A stretch of DNA of 64,000 nt from an uncultured delta proteobacterium (GCA_963727445.1 CAVSGI010000005.1:128001-192000), one strand, 5' to 3'. Shown: positions 9,027 through 20,338, counted from the stretch's first letter. Translations and numbers: made by a program. Notes: generated by a model not told the origin, from the letters alone.

Positions 9027-10256
9027 CGTTCGAGACCGACCGCTCCGACGCACCGGCTCCTCCGTCGAGTCCGGCGCCACGGGCTCGCTGGGAACGCTCT
9101 GGCCGTCCTCGCGCTCGCAGGTCCACCGCCCACCGCGCTCGAAGCCGCAGCGTTCGATTACCGAGTCGTCGACGCGCCGGGCGGTGAGGTCGACGCGCTC
9201 TCGCGAGGCGTCCACCTCGAGGAAGTGAAAGCTCGCATCGAAGCGATGCTGGAACGGCAGGGGGTGATTTTCGTGATAGAGCGGCGCGCCTCCACCGCCG
9301 GTGACGATGTACTTCACGCCGTTCCAGTCGCCGCGCTCGTATCCGTGGTCGTGTCCGCTGAGCACCAGCGCCACCCCGTAGCGGCGGAACAGGTGGACGA
9401 CTCCGGTCGAGAGCATGTCCGCGTGGCCGCCGTGGTGGTTGCTCGACATCGGGCCCTGGTGGAGCGCCACCATCAGGTGCGCCACCGTTTCGTCGTGGCT
9501 CGCCTCTTCGAGCCGTTCGACGAGCCAGCGACGCTGCTCCGCCTCGGTGTTCGACCAGTCGTCGTTCGAGTCGAGCATCAGGACGCGAACCGGTCCCCAA
9601 TCGAAGGCGTAGTAGGTCTCGGCCCCTCCGTGGGCATCTGGGACGCGCGTGTAGCGGAGGAAGCTGGGCAGGCCCACCCCAAATCGATAGAGCTCGTGAT
9701 TGCCGAGCGCGGGGAAGAGCGGCGTGTCTCTCAGCAGCTCGCCCTCGACGTCGAAGAGCTCCTGCCAGTCCTCCGGGTCAGCGCCGCTCGCCACCATGTC
9801 GCCGGTGTTGATGACGAAATCGCCGGGGTGCTCGCGCATGCGCGCGATCACCGCAGCGTGGGCCTGGGCGTTGGTCCGGTTGTCTCCGACCACGAGGAAG
9901 CGCACCGGGCCCTCGCCCGGCGGCGGCGCGGTCGTGAAGGTGCCCTCCCGAACGCTCTCGCCCACCACGACCCGGTAGTCGTAGCGATTCTGGGGTTCGA
10001 GCCCCGTGACGACGACCTCGTGAAAGTCGCTCGAGGGGCTCTCGATGCGCGAGACCTCCGTGGCCTCTTCGCCGGCGGCCGGCTGGGTCACGATCACCGT
10101 CGCGGGCGCGGCGGCCCCGAGCTCGAAGAGGATGGCCACCTGATCCGTACGCGCGTCCATCAGATAGGGGCCCTTGCGGAACGGGACCTGAGCGCTCGCC
10201 GAGGGCGCCGCGAGGGCGAGGGCGAGGGCGAGGATCGCGAGGGCGAGTGGGCGCAC
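8943..10256 (-). CDS. Purple acid phosphatase-like metallophosphoesterase, secreted with C-terminal membrane anchor
   Basis: Signal peptide from GTG 10256; GDNR, TGDMV, ALGNHE and SGHDHGYER motifs; FN3-like N-domain. Confidence 0.85.
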   Translation of the reverse strand: MRPLALAILALALALAAPSASAQVPFRKGPYLMDARTDQVAILFELGAAAPATVIVTQPAAGEEATEVSRIESPSSDFHEVVVTGLEPQNRYDYRVVVGESVREGTFTTAPPPGEGPVRFLVVGDNRTNAQAHAAVIARMREHPGDFVINTGDMVASGADPEDWQELFDVEGELLRDTPLFPALGNHELYRFGVGLPSFLRYTRVPDAHGGAETYYAFDWGPVRVLMLDSNDDWSNTEAEQRRWLVERLEEASHDETVAHLMVALHQGPMSSNHHGGHADMLSTGVVHLFRRYGVALVLSGHDHGYERGDWNGVKYIVTGGGGAPLYHENHPLPFQHRFDASFHFLEVDASRERVDLTARRVDDSVIERCGFERGGRWTCEREDGQSVPSEPVAPDSTEEPVRRSGRSRTLLFLVGGLALLAVVFGLFLRKRGRARG

Positions 10257-10277
10257 CGAGCTGCTATACCAGAGGTC

Positions 10278-11159
10278 GTGGGCCAAGGCTCCGAGACAGC
10301 CGCGTCGGCCAGGCGAGCGGCCACTCCGCGCGCGCGGCGGACCCGGGCACTCGCGGCACGCCTCGACGCGCTGCTCGAGAGCCACGATGCGGCGAGTCAC
10401 GTCGCCTCCGACCCGGTCTCTTTCGTGCATCGAGCCGCGCCCGACGACCGCGAGGTGGTGGGGCTCATCGCCGCGGCCCTCGCTTTCGGCAACGTCGTGG
10501 CCATCCGCGCCAGCGTCGACCGCGCCCTCCGCGCGCTCGGCGAAGCGCCTCACCTCGCGGTGCGGCGACGCCAGCGGACGCTCGCGCGCCGTCTCGATGG
10601 ATTCGTTCATCGCGTCTACCGAGGCGAACACCTGGCCGCGCTGCTCTCTTCTGCGGGCGCGGCGATCCGCCGGCATGGGAGCCTGGGCGAAGCGTTCGCG
10701 CACCACCTCGAGGAGGCCGGCGATTTTCGCGAAGGTCTCGCGCGCTTCGCGGACGCGCTCCGCGGCCCCGACCCCTCGCGATCGATGAAGCACCTGGTCC
10801 CCGATCCGCGCGCGGGAAGCGCGACCAAGCGGCTGCTCCTCTACCTGCGCTGGATGATCCGCCCAGCGGACGGTGTCGACCTCGGGCTGTGGGACGTCTC
10901 GCCGTCCCAGCTCATCATCCCGGTGGACACGCACGTGCACCGCATCGCGAAGAACCTGGGCCTGACGGCGCGAAACGACGCGAGCTGGCGCACCGCGGAA
11001 GAGATCACGGCGCGCCTCAGAGAGCTCGACCCGCTCGACCCGGTGAAGTACGACTTCGCCATCTGTCATCTCGGCGTCTCGCGGATGTGTCCCAGTCGGC
11101 GCGATCCGGATCTCTGCGCCGGCTGCGTGCTCAAACCGGCTTGCCTGAATTGGAAGTGA
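10278..11159 (+). CDS. TIGR02757/DUF2400 family protein (HhH-GPD-like) with C-terminal Cys cluster
   Basis: KRLLLYLRWMIR, VDLGLW, IPVDTHV, DPVKYDFA; ends CPSRRDPDLCAGCVLKPAC. Confidence 0.85.
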   Translation: MGQGSETAASARRAATPRARRTRALAARLDALLESHDAASHVASDPVSFVHRAAPDDREVVGLIAAALAFGNVVAIRASVDRALRALGEAPHLAVRRRQRTLARRLDGFVHRVYRGEHLAALLSSAGAAIRRHGSLGEAFAHHLEEAGDFREGLARFADALRGPDPSRSMKHLVPDPRAGSATKRLLLYLRWMIRPADGVDLGLWDVSPSQLIIPVDTHVHRIAKNLGLTARNDASWRTAEEITARLRELDPLDPVKYDFAICHLGVSRMCPSRRDPDLCAGCVLKPACLNWK

Positions 11160-11160
11160 A

Positions 11161-13794
11161 TCAGCGCGCCGGATTGTGGGATCGGATGCGGGCGGCGAGC
11201 TGCGACTCGAGCTCTTCGAGCGTCGCAGGGCCATCGATCGCTTCGCCGATGGCGAGCTCGTTCGCGTCGGGGTAGCGCAAGACGCCCAGGTCCTTGAGCG
11301 CGCCGATGGCGGACTCGAGTCGCATCTTCGACAGCGACTCACGGAGCTCGAGCTCTCCCTCGAGATACATGCGCTGGCCGACGGTGAGCGTGCGCTTGAT
11401 CCACTCCTTGCGCCCCATGGTGTCGTCGAGGAGCACCGTCGCACCGCGAACCGCGAGCCGATAGGTCTCGAAATAGGTGCGCAGCATCATCGCGTAGGCC
11501 GAGAGCCGCTCCCCGCCGTCCCCTTCGGCCGGCTGGATGCGGTCCACCACCCGTTCGAGCTCGTTGGCCGCGAGCATTTGCGACAGCGCGTCGTCGAAGA
11601 TCTCGTCGAAGGTCGCATCGGCCCGGTACATGAACTCGTACTTGAACAGCCGCGACAGCTTGCGCACGCGTTCGCGGAGCTGCTGCTCGCTGAGCGGCTC
11701 GCCCTCGCCGGTGAGCACCGCGGCGGCGATCATCGCGCTCGGTACGAAGAAGTGCAGGATGTTGTTCTTGTAGTACTCGACGGCGATGCGTCGTTCTTCC
11801 GGGATGGTGAAGATGGCGTCGTTGCCGTCGCCGTGACGGGTCATGAGCTTGCTGTCCATGAAGAGCCGGGTCGCCTCCTCGATGGTGTTCTCGCGGACCG
11901 TCCCATCCTCGGCGCGAATGGTCGTGGCGAAGCGCGCTCCCAATCGGTCGAGGGTTTCGCTCATGCGCTGCGCACCCGCCATCAGGTCTGCGAAGGAGAT
12001 GCCCCTCCGCTGGTGCGAAAGCGCGACAGTCGCCACCAGCGCTGCCGGCGTCACCACCGTCACCTCGTTGATCCTGTACACGACGCGGTGCGCGATCCGC
12101 TGGACCAGGGCGCGCCTCGCCGGCGCGCTGATCGCGTTCCTGCGATCCTCGCCTTCGGAGACCTCTTCACCCCGTTCGTCCAGCGTCTCCCGCATCGCTT
12201 CGTCGAAGCTGAGCGGCTCGCCGAACTGGAGATAGAGGCGCCCATATCGCGAGCGCAGCACCCGCGGCGTCTTGAGGAGGCCGCCGATGTTCTCCTTCGC
12301 CTTCTCTGCGCCGGCCTGCTCGTCCACGTAGGAGCGCTCCTCGACGATGCGCTCGTAGCCGATGGAGATGGGGACGAAGCTCACCTTGCGGCCGGGTAGC
12401 ATCAGGCACGCGTCGACCACCATCGAGAGGAGGCCGTACTTCGGGCTGAGCAGCTTGCCGGTACGCGAGCGTCCGCCTTCGAGGAAGAACTCGATGCTGA
12501 AGCCCTCGAGGAGGAGCTTGCGCATGTAGGCGTCCACGAGCACCGAGTAGAGCTTCTTTCCCCGGAAGCTCCGGCGGATGAAGAAGGCCCCCGCGCCCCT
12601 CAAGATCGGGCCGACGGGCCAGAAGTTGAGATTGTCTCCGGCCGCGATCAGCGGCGGAGACATGGCGTTCATGTACATCACGTCGCTGAGGATCAGGTAG
12701 TCCACGTGGCTCTTGTGGCTGGGCAACAGCACGATGGCGCCATCCCGCGCCGCCTCGCGCACCTTGGCCAGCCCTTCCTGATCGACCTCGAGCCCGTCGT
12801 AGATGCGGTTCCAGACGTTCGAGAAGAGCCGGTGGAGAAACGCGAGGGTGTAAGGGTTCTGCGCAGCGCAAAGGCGGCGCAGCTCACGCCGCGCTTCGCG
12901 CTCCACCTTGGCGACCGGCTGCTTCTTCGCGCGCGCCTGCGCCTGGATGTGGCGCGCCACCCGCGGGCTGCGGATGAGCTCGTCACGGATGCGGCCCGGC
13001 GTCTTGCTCTTGGGGCCCAGCACCACGCTCCGCTCGCGCTCCATGATGCGCAACAGGGCGTAGCGGATCTTGTCGGCGATCTCGCCGTCGGTGAGATCCT
13101 CGTTCTCCTCCATGAACTTCTTGAGGTTCCAGGGCTCGCCCGCAGAGAGGATCGCGTTCCTGTAGTTGAAGAGGAACTGAAAGAAGACGCGGATGCGTCC
13201 GGGCCACTCCCGCGGGCCGAAGATCATGTCGATCAGCGACGGCTTCTTCTGCGCGGGCCTCTTCGTCCACACGAAGGTCTGAGGGCAGAGCAGGATCGGC
13301 TCGTCCATCTTGCGTTGGGCCTCGACCAACGTTCGGATCAGATCGACCTCCAGCTCGCGGCCCTTGTGCTCGACCTTGCCCACTTGCGGCGGCTGTCGGA
13401 GGAAGAGCAGGGCGCTGAACTTTTCGCGCACCGTGTCTTCGAGCGCGCGGTCCTCCGGGATCTGACGCCGGAAGCGCAACCGGCGTCCGCCCTTGCCGAA
13501 GGGCTCGAGGATCCACAGCCCCAGATCGTTGACGAAGCGGACGAGGGGGAGCGCGAAGCGCTTCGTCAAGAAGTCGAGGCAGAGGAAGTCGAGGAAGGAG
13601 ATCGACCGCATCACGTAGACGACCACTCCCCGGCGGGCCGCCTTGCGAACCTGGTCGCTGAAGGCGTCGTCGACGGTGATGTGGGCGAAGAACCGGTCGT
13701 AAAACCACTTGAGGATGGGGTTCGGCTCGTACGGCTTGACCACCGCGCTCGCCTTCCTCTTGACCGGTCGCGTCTCCATCGAGCTCTTCGGCAC
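11161..13794 (-). CDS. plsB: Glycerol-3-phosphate 1-O-acyltransferase
   Basis: PSHKSHVD (HX4D), [27 protein letters not shown]; 877 aa. Confidence 0.9.
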   Translation of the reverse strand: MPKSSMETRPVKRKASAVVKPYEPNPILKWFYDRFFAHITVDDAFSDQVRKAARRGVVVYVMRSISFLDFLCLDFLTKRFALPLVRFVNDLGLWILEPFGKGGRRLRFRRQIPEDRALEDTVREKFSALLFLRQPPQVGKVEHKGRELEVDLIRTLVEAQRKMDEPILLCPQTFVWTKRPAQKKPSLIDMIFGPREWPGRIRVFFQFLFNYRNAILSAGEPWNLKKFMEENEDLTDGEIADKIRYALLRIMERERSVVLGPKSKTPGRIRDELIRSPRVARHIQAQARAKKQPVAKVEREARRELRRLCAAQNPYTLAFLHRLFSNVWNRIYDGLEVDQEGLAKVREAARDGAIVLLPSHKSHVDYLILSDVMYMNAMSPPLIAAGDNLNFWPVGPILRGAGAFFIRRSFRGKKLYSVLVDAYMRKLLLEGFSIEFFLEGGRSRTGKLLSPKYGLLSMVVDACLMLPGRKVSFVPISIGYERIVEERSYVDEQAGAEKAKENIGGLLKTPRVLRSRYGRLYLQFGEPLSFDEAMRETLDERGEEVSEGEDRRNAISAPARRALVQRIAHRVVYRINEVTVVTPAALVATVALSHQRRGISFADLMAGAQRMSETLDRLGARFATTIRAEDGTVRENTIEEATRLFMDSKLMTRHGDGNDAIFTIPEERRIAVEYYKNNILHFFVPSAMIAAAVLTGEGEPLSEQQLRERVRKLSRLFKYEFMYRADATFDEIFDDALSQMLAANELERVVDRIQPAEGDGGERLSAYAMMLRTYFETYRLAVRGATVLLDDTMGRKEWIKRTLTVGQRMYLEGELELRESLSKMRLESAIGALKDLGVLRYPDANELAIGEAIDGPATLEELESQLAARIRSHNPAR

Positions 13795-13886
13795 GTGGGC
13801 CCCTCAGCCTCTCACGGTATCAGGCGCGGCATTTTCAGCGAATTTCAGGTAGTTCGCGGGCACCGAGCGCCCGAGGCTGCCTTCGC

Positions 13887-13915
13887 TTGACAGTGCCCAG
13901 GCCCCCGGCTAGTAA
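13887..13915 (+). promoter_or_regulatory. sigma70-type promoter for rplM-rpsI
   Basis: TTGACA (13887)-N17-TAGTAA (13910). Confidence 0.6.
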
Positions 13916-13967
13916 ACCGCCCCCCAGGCCCGTCCTGGGGATTGCCGGAATTATCTGGAAGGTTTTC

Positions 13968-14396
13968 ATGCGCACGCTCAGCGCCAAGACGAACGAAGTG
14001 GATCGCGACTGGCACGTCGTCGACGCCACCGACATGCCCCTCGGCCGACTCGCCTCGAAGGTCGCGTCGGTCCTCCGCGGCAAGCATCGCCCCGATTTCA
14101 CCCCCCACGCTGACGCGGGCGACTTCGTCGTCGTGATCAATGCCGACAAGGTGAAGCTCACGGGCAACAAGCTCGACAAGAAGTTCTACTACCGCCACTC
14201 CGGCTACCCGGGCGGCATCAAGGGGACTTCCTATCGCGAGCTGCTGGAAAAGCGTCCCGAGAAGGCCATCGAGAAGGCGGTCTGGGGAATGCTTCCCAAG
14301 AATCACATCGGTCGCCGCACGCATCGCAAGCTCAAGGTCTACGCTGGGCCGAAGCATCCGCACGCGGCGCAGAAGCCCAGCCCCCTCGCGCTCTGA
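13968..14396 (+). CDS. rplM: 50S ribosomal protein L13
   Basis: [38 protein letters not shown]. Confidence 0.98.
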   Translation: MRTLSAKTNEVDRDWHVVDATDMPLGRLASKVASVLRGKHRPDFTPHADAGDFVVVINADKVKLTGNKLDKKFYYRHSGYPGGIKGTSYRELLEKRPEKAIEKAVWGMLPKNHIGRRTHRKLKVYAGPKHPHAAQKPSPLAL

Positions 14397-14415
14397 GCCT
14401 TAGGAACGAAACGTC

Positions 14416-14820
14416 ATGCCTCAAGCCACGATTCACGGAAAGTACTACGGCACCGGGAAGCGGAAGAACGCGATCGCGCGCGTCTTCCTCAAGAGCGGCT
14501 CCGGACAGATCACCGTCAACGGTCGCACCCTCGCCGAATACTTCCCCCGCGAGACCTCGCAGATGGTCGCGCGCCAGGCGCTCGAGCTCATCGAGAAGGC
14601 CGACGCCTACGACGTCGAGGCAAACGTCTGCGGTGGCGGCGTCGCCGCCCAGGCCGAGGCCGTGCGCCACGGCATCAGCCGCGCGCTCCTCGGCGTGAGC
14701 CCCGACAACCGCGGCGCGCTCAAGCGCGCCGGCTTCCTGACTCGCGACTCCCGCAAGAAGGAGCGCAAGAAGCCTGGTCAGCCCGGGGCACGGAAGAAGT
14801 TCCAGTACTCCAAGCGCTGA
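14416..14820 (+). CDS. rpsI: 30S ribosomal protein S9
   Basis: [29 protein letters not shown]...QYSKR. Confidence 0.98.
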   Translation: MPQATIHGKYYGTGKRKNAIARVFLKSGSGQITVNGRTLAEYFPRETSQMVARQALELIEKADAYDVEANVCGGGVAAQAEAVRHGISRALLGVSPDNRGALKRAGFLTRDSRKKERKKPGQPGARKKFQYSKR

Positions 14821-14872
14821 TCGATGGCGCCCGGTAACGCCATCCGCCGGCTTACCTCGGACCCCATTGATC

Positions 14873-15922
14873 GTGATCGATTCGGCAAACGTCGCAGTCA
14901 TCGGGGCGACCGGGTACACCGGGGCCGAGCTGGTTCGTTTGATTCACGGCCACCCGCGCCTGCGTCTCAAACGGCTCGTCGGGCAGAGCCGCGCGGGGGA
15001 GAAGGTCTCGGCCGTGCTGCCGAGCCTCGCCGGGCTCTACGATGGTGAGGTCGCGTCCTTCGACGCCGATGACGTCGCCGGGGTGACTGACGTGGCCTTC
15101 GCCGCGCTGCCGCATGGGGCGAGCGCGGGCGTCGTCGCCGAGCTGCGCGAGCGCGGCGTGCGCGTGATGGACCTCTCTGCAGACTTCCGCCTCGACGATC
15201 CCGCGGTCTACGCCGAGTGGTACGGCGAGCACCAGGCGCCGGCGCTCTTCGGCAAGGCCGTCTATGGTCTGGTGGAGCTCGCGCGCGACGACCTTCGTGG
15301 CGCGGAGCTGGTGGCGGTTCCGGGTTGCTATCCCACGGCGTCGATCCTCGGCCTCGCGCCCCTGCTCGCCGAGGGGCTCGTCGAGCGCGAGCACCTCATC
15401 ATCGACGCGAAGAGCGGCGCGTCGGGCGCGGGCCGCAAGGCCAGCCTCGGCTTTCACCTGCCCGAGGTGGGGGAGGGCATCCGCGCTTACAAAGTGGGCG
15501 GGCGTCACCGCCACACGCCGGAGATCGAGATGGTGCTCTCCCGGGTGGCGGGCGAGAAGATCCGCGTCAGCTTCACGCCGCATCTCGTCCCCATGACCCG
15601 CGGCATCCTCGCCACCGCCTACGCCGACGCGAAGACGGGGGTGACCGCCGAGCGGTGCACCGCGGCGGCTCGGGCGCGTTACGAGGGCTCGCCCTCGGTC
15701 GTGGTCCTCGACCCGAACACCGATCCCGACACCACCTGGGTCCGCGCGTCGAATCGCGCCTTCGTCAGCTACACCCACGACCCCCGCACCGACCGGATCA
15801 TCGCGCAGACGGTGATCGACAATCTGGTGAAGGGCGCCGCGGGTCAGGCCCTGCAGTGCCTCAACGTCGCGATGGGCTGGCCCGAGGGCGAAGGCTTGGG
15901 GCAACCAGCGGCGTGGCCCTGA
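14873..15922 (+). CDS. argC: N-acetyl-gamma-glutamyl-phosphate reductase
   Basis: GATGYTG, DLSADFR, VPGCYPT, SGAG, PHLVPMTRGIL, DNLVKGAAGQA. Confidence 0.95.
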   Translation: MIDSANVAVIGATGYTGAELVRLIHGHPRLRLKRLVGQSRAGEKVSAVLPSLAGLYDGEVASFDADDVAGVTDVAFAALPHGASAGVVAELRERGVRVMDLSADFRLDDPAVYAEWYGEHQAPALFGKAVYGLVELARDDLRGAELVAVPGCYPTASILGLAPLLAEGLVEREHLIIDAKSGASGAGRKASLGFHLPEVGEGIRAYKVGGRHRHTPEIEMVLSRVAGEKIRVSFTPHLVPMTRGILATAYADAKTGVTAERCTAAARARYEGSPSVVVLDPNTDPDTTWVRASNRAFVSYTHDPRTDRIIAQTVIDNLVKGAAGQALQCLNVAMGWPEGEGLGQPAAWP

Positions 15923-16058
15923 CGCAGATTCCGCGCAAGAACAGTCTCAGCGGACGACGGCGGAAATACCGCACGGTCTTTGCCCACCGTCAACACGTCC
16001 TCCACATCCAGAGCCATCTCCATTTGGCGCCGCCGGGAGGAGCCTGAACACTTCGGGT

Positions 16059-16511
16059 ATGGAGTCACTCAGCACCCCATTCCGCCGCCGCGCGCTCCGC
16101 CGCTCGGTCCATCTGGAGTGTGATCTGATCACCAGCGACCGGGAGACGCCCGAGCCGCACCTGGTGACCGACCTCAGCCCCCATGGCTGCTGGATCGAGA
16201 CCACGACCCCGGCGCGCCCCGATACCCACGTCATCGTGGCTTTCCAACCACCTGGCTGGGACGGCGAGGTCGACCTCTTCGCCCGCGTCACCCACGTACG
16301 CGCGACGGGCCGGCGACCCGGCATGGGGCTCGAGTTCCTCGACGTCTCGCGGCCGCTCTACCTCGTCATGAAGGAGAGCCTCCACAACATCCCGCCTCGC
16401 CTTCCGCCACGCCCGCCCTCCCAGCCCGTCCGCGACGTGATGTGGCACGAGGACCTGGGCGACCGTGTCATCACCTACACGGTCAGCGACATCCCCAATA
16501 TCGTCGCATGA
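16059..16511 (+). CDS. PilZ domain protein (paralog 1)
   Basis: RxxxR (RRRALRR), DLSPHG, GMGLEF. Confidence 0.8.
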   Translation: MESLSTPFRRRALRRSVHLECDLITSDRETPEPHLVTDLSPHGCWIETTTPARPDTHVIVAFQPPGWDGEVDLFARVTHVRATGRRPGMGLEFLDVSRPLYLVMKESLHNIPPRLPPRPPSQPVRDVMWHEDLGDRVITYTVSDIPNIVA

Positions 16512-16604
16512 GGGCCCACGTGGAGGGGAGCGGCGCGCAGGTGTCGCCCCGTCCCACGTTCCAGAATTTGGCCAGGGGAAGTGGGGGCACCTACACTTCC
16601 CCAC

Positions 16605-17135
16605 ATGCTCCAGTCGGCCCTCGTCCTCCCCGCTCGCCGCCGGGCCCTCCGGCGCGCGGTACACGTGAATTGTGACGTGATCACGACGCAGTGGGAGGAG
16701 CCCGCCCCCCACCTCGTCACCGATCTCAGCCCCTATGGCTGCTGGATCGACACCCCCTTTCCCCTGATGCCGGAGACCGACGTGATCCTGGCCTTCACCC
16801 CGCCGAGGTGGGGCGAGGGCGAGGTCGTCACCTTCGCGCGCGTCACCCGCCGGGTTCGCAGTGGCGCTCGCCGCGGCATGGGCCTCGAGTTCCTCGACAT
16901 CACCAGGGGAGACGTGCGTGCCCTCGAGGGCAGCCTCCACGGCTTGCCGCCGCCCCTGACCACCTGCCGTCATCGCGAGCACGAAGAGTTGATCTGGGTC
17001 GACTCGCTCCTCACCTGGGAGGAGGACCTCGGCGACCGCATCAACACCTTCAGCGTCAGTGAGCAGATCGGGCTGGTCGCCGACGACGAGCTCGAGATCG
17101 TCGCGCTCGCCGAGCCGATCGCGATCGTCGCCTGA
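16605..17135 (+). CDS. PilZ domain protein (paralog 2)
   Basis: RRRALRR, DLSPYG, GMGLEF; clearly homologous to 16059-16511. Confidence 0.8.
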   Translation: MLQSALVLPARRRALRRAVHVNCDVITTQWEEPAPHLVTDLSPYGCWIDTPFPLMPETDVILAFTPPRWGEGEVVTFARVTRRVRSGARRGMGLEFLDITRGDVRALEGSLHGLPPPLTTCRHREHEELIWVDSLLTWEEDLGDRINTFSVSEQIGLVADDELEIVALAEPIAIVA

Positions 17136-17287
17136 GCAGCGCTATCATCGCGGCGGTGTCGCGCTCACCGCTCCTCCTTTCCTCCTCGGGGGCCTCTGGG
17201 CCACGGCGTGCGTCCACCAGGATTGAGCGATTGCTGCGTAGCGCGGTCCACCCGCGACGACGCAGAACCTGCTAGAGATCGTCGCCC

Positions 17288-17911
17288 ATGGACGCCTTCC
17301 AAGAGGCCCCCGCGACCTATTCGCTGATCCTCGCATGCGTGGCGATCTCCTTCGCCGGCTTCTGGGCGCTCGGCCGGCGCGACTATCGCCGCTACTTCGT
17401 CTTCCGCGCCTTCGACGTAGCCCAGGGCAAGAACCTGGTCGGCGCCGTCTTGTCGCACTTCGCCCACGGCGACTTCGGGCATCTCGTCGTGAACATGCTG
17501 GTGCTCTTCCTCTTCGGCCCGCGCGTCGAGCGCACCCTGGGACTCGTCCCCTTCCTCGTGGTCTACGGCGTCAGCGGCGTGGTGGGCACGTTGGCGCTCT
17601 TCATCCGACATCGAAAGAACCCGCGTCACTCCGCCCTCGGCGCGAGCGGTGCCATCGCAGGCATCGTCTTCGCGACGGTGATCATCGCCCCGACGGCGCA
17701 GTTCTATCTCTTCTTCCTGCCCATCGGGATCCCGGCGCCCGCCTTCGCGCTGCTCTACCTGGTGCTCTCTTCCTGGATGACGGGCCGAGGCGACCACGTG
17801 GCCCACGAAGCGCACATCGGCGGTGCGGTGGCGGGCTTCGTCGCCGCGGGCCTGCTCTACGGGCCGCACTTCGCCCCGCTCATCCGCGCGGTCCGCGCGC
17901 TCGTCGGCTGA
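17288..17911 (+). CDS. Rhomboid family intramembrane serine protease
   Basis: HLVVNM, GASG catalytic Ser, AHEAHIGG. Confidence 0.9.
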   Translation: MDAFQEAPATYSLILACVAISFAGFWALGRRDYRRYFVFRAFDVAQGKNLVGAVLSHFAHGDFGHLVVNMLVLFLFGPRVERTLGLVPFLVVYGVSGVVGTLALFIRHRKNPRHSALGASGAIAGIVFATVIIAPTAQFYLFFLPIGIPAPAFALLYLVLSSWMTGRGDHVAHEAHIGGAVAGFVAAGLLYGPHFAPLIRAVRALVG

Positions 17912-17926
17912 GCCGCGCGCGATCGT

Positions 17927-20338
17927 CTACCGAATGAGGAGCGTGCCGGCCTGCACGCGGTTCTCGCTCGCCTCGGGCCCGCTGATGATCTCCATCCGCG
18001 TCTCGCCGGCGAAGAGGCCGATGTAGATGGTGTAGCGGCCCGGGCGGTAATTGCCGGGCACCGTCAGCTCCTGGCGGTCGACGACGATGTCACCCTCGTC
18101 CCAGAGCCGCACGGGGTAGCGGTCGTTCACTGGCTCATGGTCGCCGTGGATGCGGTTTCCGTTGCCGTCGATGTGCACGAACATCTTCCAGCTGCCGGGT
18201 GCGGGCGCCAGCGCCTTCCAGTACCAGGTGATGGTGAAGTCCTCGCCCGAGCCGACATAACCGTCGTGTGGCAGGTCGAGGTCGTAGCCGATGAGCTCGA
18301 TCTTGTCGGCGAGATTCGCGTGCACCGGGAACTGCGGGGTGGGCTCTTCGTCCACCACGAACTCCGCGATGTAGTTCTGGTCCTCGATGCCCTGGACGGG
18401 CTGGTTGACGGCGAGCACCACGCGCGCGCTTCGCGCGTCGGCGATGAAGAGGTGATCGCCAGTGCGCCGGCGATAGGCGCGGTCGATCTGTGCGAGCTCG
18501 TCCGCTGGGAACGCCGCCCAGCGCCGCTCTTCGGACCCGGCGAGGAAGTCGAGGAGCTCGTTCTGCTGGCCGATCTCCTCGACCTCGCCTTCGGCGTAAT
18601 AGGCCGCGGCGCGCCCGCCGACGCGATACTCGCCGAGCACCTCGCCGCTCGCCGCGTGACGATTGAAGGTGTCGTAGACCTCGCGCGGCGAGAAGTGGGC
18701 CGAGAGCGCCGGCAGATAGCCCTGCGAGGCGTATCCACCCACGAGCACACCCGCGAGGAGCAGCGGGACGAAGCGATACCGTCCGATGCGCGGCGCGACC
18801 GCCCACGCAGCCTGAGCGCCGGCGATCAGCACGGGCACGACCACGATGATCAGACCGAGGCGCTTGCTCCACTTCATCACGATGATGGTGAGCCCCATCG
18901 CCTCGCCGCCGATCATCGCGACGAGGGCCCAGACCGGGAAGATCAGCAGGAACACGCCGGCGGCGATCATCCACAAGCGAACGGGCACGTTGCCTTCGCG
19001 CCAGCGCTCACGGGCGTAGCGGTAGGGCGCCTTGAGGTCGAGCTTGCGGGCCTCCCCCGGCGCCGACATGAAGCCGACCACGACGGCGGCCCCGAAGACC
19101 GAGAGCACCAGCCCCCACCACTTGCGGGGGTTGAAGACCTCCGGGACCGTGAGCTCCTGGACGGAGATTCCGTCCACCGGCCCGCCGGGGTAGAGGGAGA
19201 AGTCACGGAGGATCAGGCCGGTGAAGAGCGCTCCGACCACCGCGGCGACCGGGAAGGTCGCCTTGGACGACTCCACGTCACGGAGCAGGACGGCAACGGC
19301 AGCGGCGAGCGCCACCACCGGCACGTACGTCCCCGGGCCGTAGCGCGCCTCGAAGAGGGTGAGGGCACCGTAGCCGAAGGCTGCCCAGAGCATGATCGAC
19401 AGGCGGAACGCGGCGCGCGCCCGCTCGTCGTCCTCGGAGAGCTTCTCGTCGTCGGCCGAGGCCGGCGGCTTGCCGAGAAGCAGCCAGCCGATCGCCACCG
19501 GAAGGATGGCGCTCCACGGTGCGAAGGCATGGAAGATGGTCTCGATCACCGCGTCGAAGGTGGGCGGGTTGCCGCCGCGCGGCTTACCGCCGAGCCAGGA
19601 CGAGTAGTCGGCCACGTCCGCGACGACCGCGTTCGCCACCCCGAGGGCCAGGACCAGCGCCACGGCGACGATGCCGATGGCGATGTAACCCTGCACCCGG
19701 CCTTCGCCTTCGGGCTTCTTCAGAGAACCGGTGAAGACCACCGCGAGCGCCACCGCCCCCAGCGGCGCCAGCGCTCCGAGGAGCGCGCCGCGCGTGCCGA
19801 TGCCGAGGACCAGACCGCCAGCGGCCAACAGGAGCCACAGCGCTGTGTTTCGCTTTCGCGTCTTGTCGTCCGCGTCCCTGGCGGCGGGCCGGTAGATGGC
19901 CGAGAGGGCGCCGAGGGCGATCATCGCCTGGGCGCAGAAGGCGGGGGCGTCGCCGAGCATCTGCCGGCTGTTGAAGAGGAAGAGCGGCGAGGTGCCAGCG
20001 ATCACCGCCGCGTACACGCCGGCCCGCTCGCCTTCGAAGCGGCGCACCAGGAAGAAGGCGACGGCCACCGCCGACAGACCGGCCAGGGCCATCCCCACAC
20101 GCCCCGCCCACTCGGACACGCCGAACGCCGCGAAGCCGGCTGCCACGAACCAGCGCTCGAAGGCCGGACGGGTGAGCTCCTCCGCGTGACCGGCGAGGAG
20201 CTTCCGCGCCTCATCGGCGGTGTTGAGCTCCCAGGGGTCCCAGATCCCGAAGCGCGACAGGCCGAGGAAGAGGATCAGCGCCACAGCGGCGATCGCTGCG
20301 CCGGCCCACATCCGTCCCTGGCGTTTGTCGAGCTCCAT
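17927..20338 (-). CDS. GT-C fold (ArnT/PMT-like, GT39/GT83) membrane glycosyltransferase with C-terminal soluble domain
   Basis: N-terminal WDPWE loop, FGVSEWAGR, many TM helices, C-terminal FVHIDG...DHEP...YP...W domain. Confidence 0.7.
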   Translation of the reverse strand: MELDKRQGRMWAGAAIAAVALILFLGLSRFGIWDPWELNTADEARKLLAGHAEELTRPAFERWFVAAGFAAFGVSEWAGRVGMALAGLSAVAVAFFLVRRFEGERAGVYAAVIAGTSPLFLFNSRQMLGDAPAFCAQAMIALGALSAIYRPAARDADDKTRKRNTALWLLLAAGGLVLGIGTRGALLGALAPLGAVALAVVFTGSLKKPEGEGRVQGYIAIGIVAVALVLALGVANAVVADVADYSSWLGGKPRGGNPPTFDAVIETIFHAFAPWSAILPVAIGWLLLGKPPASADDEKLSEDDERARAAFRLSIMLWAAFGYGALTLFEARYGPGTYVPVVALAAAVAVLLRDVESSKATFPVAAVVGALFTGLILRDFSLYPGGPVDGISVQELTVPEVFNPRKWWGLVLSVFGAAVVVGFMSAPGEARKLDLKAPYRYARERWREGNVPVRLWMIAAGVFLLIFPVWALVAMIGGEAMGLTIIVMKWSKRLGLIIVVVPVLIAGAQAAWAVAPRIGRYRFVPLLLAGVLVGGYASQGYLPALSAHFSPREVYDTFNRHAASGEVLGEYRVGGRAAAYYAEGEVEEIGQQNELLDFLAGSEERRWAAFPADELAQIDRAYRRRTGDHLFIADARSARVVLAVNQPVQGIEDQNYIAEFVVDEEPTPQFPVHANLADKIELIGYDLDLPHDGYVGSGEDFTITWYWKALAPAPGSWKMFVHIDGNGNRIHGDHEPVNDRYPVRLWDEGDIVVDRQELTVPGNYRPGRYTIYIGLFAGETRMEIISGPEASENRVQAGTLLIR

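Noticed and set aside
10257..11444. N-terminal extension of the phosphatase ORF
   Set aside because: Antisense to the TIGR02757 gene; the signal peptide begins at GTG 10256.
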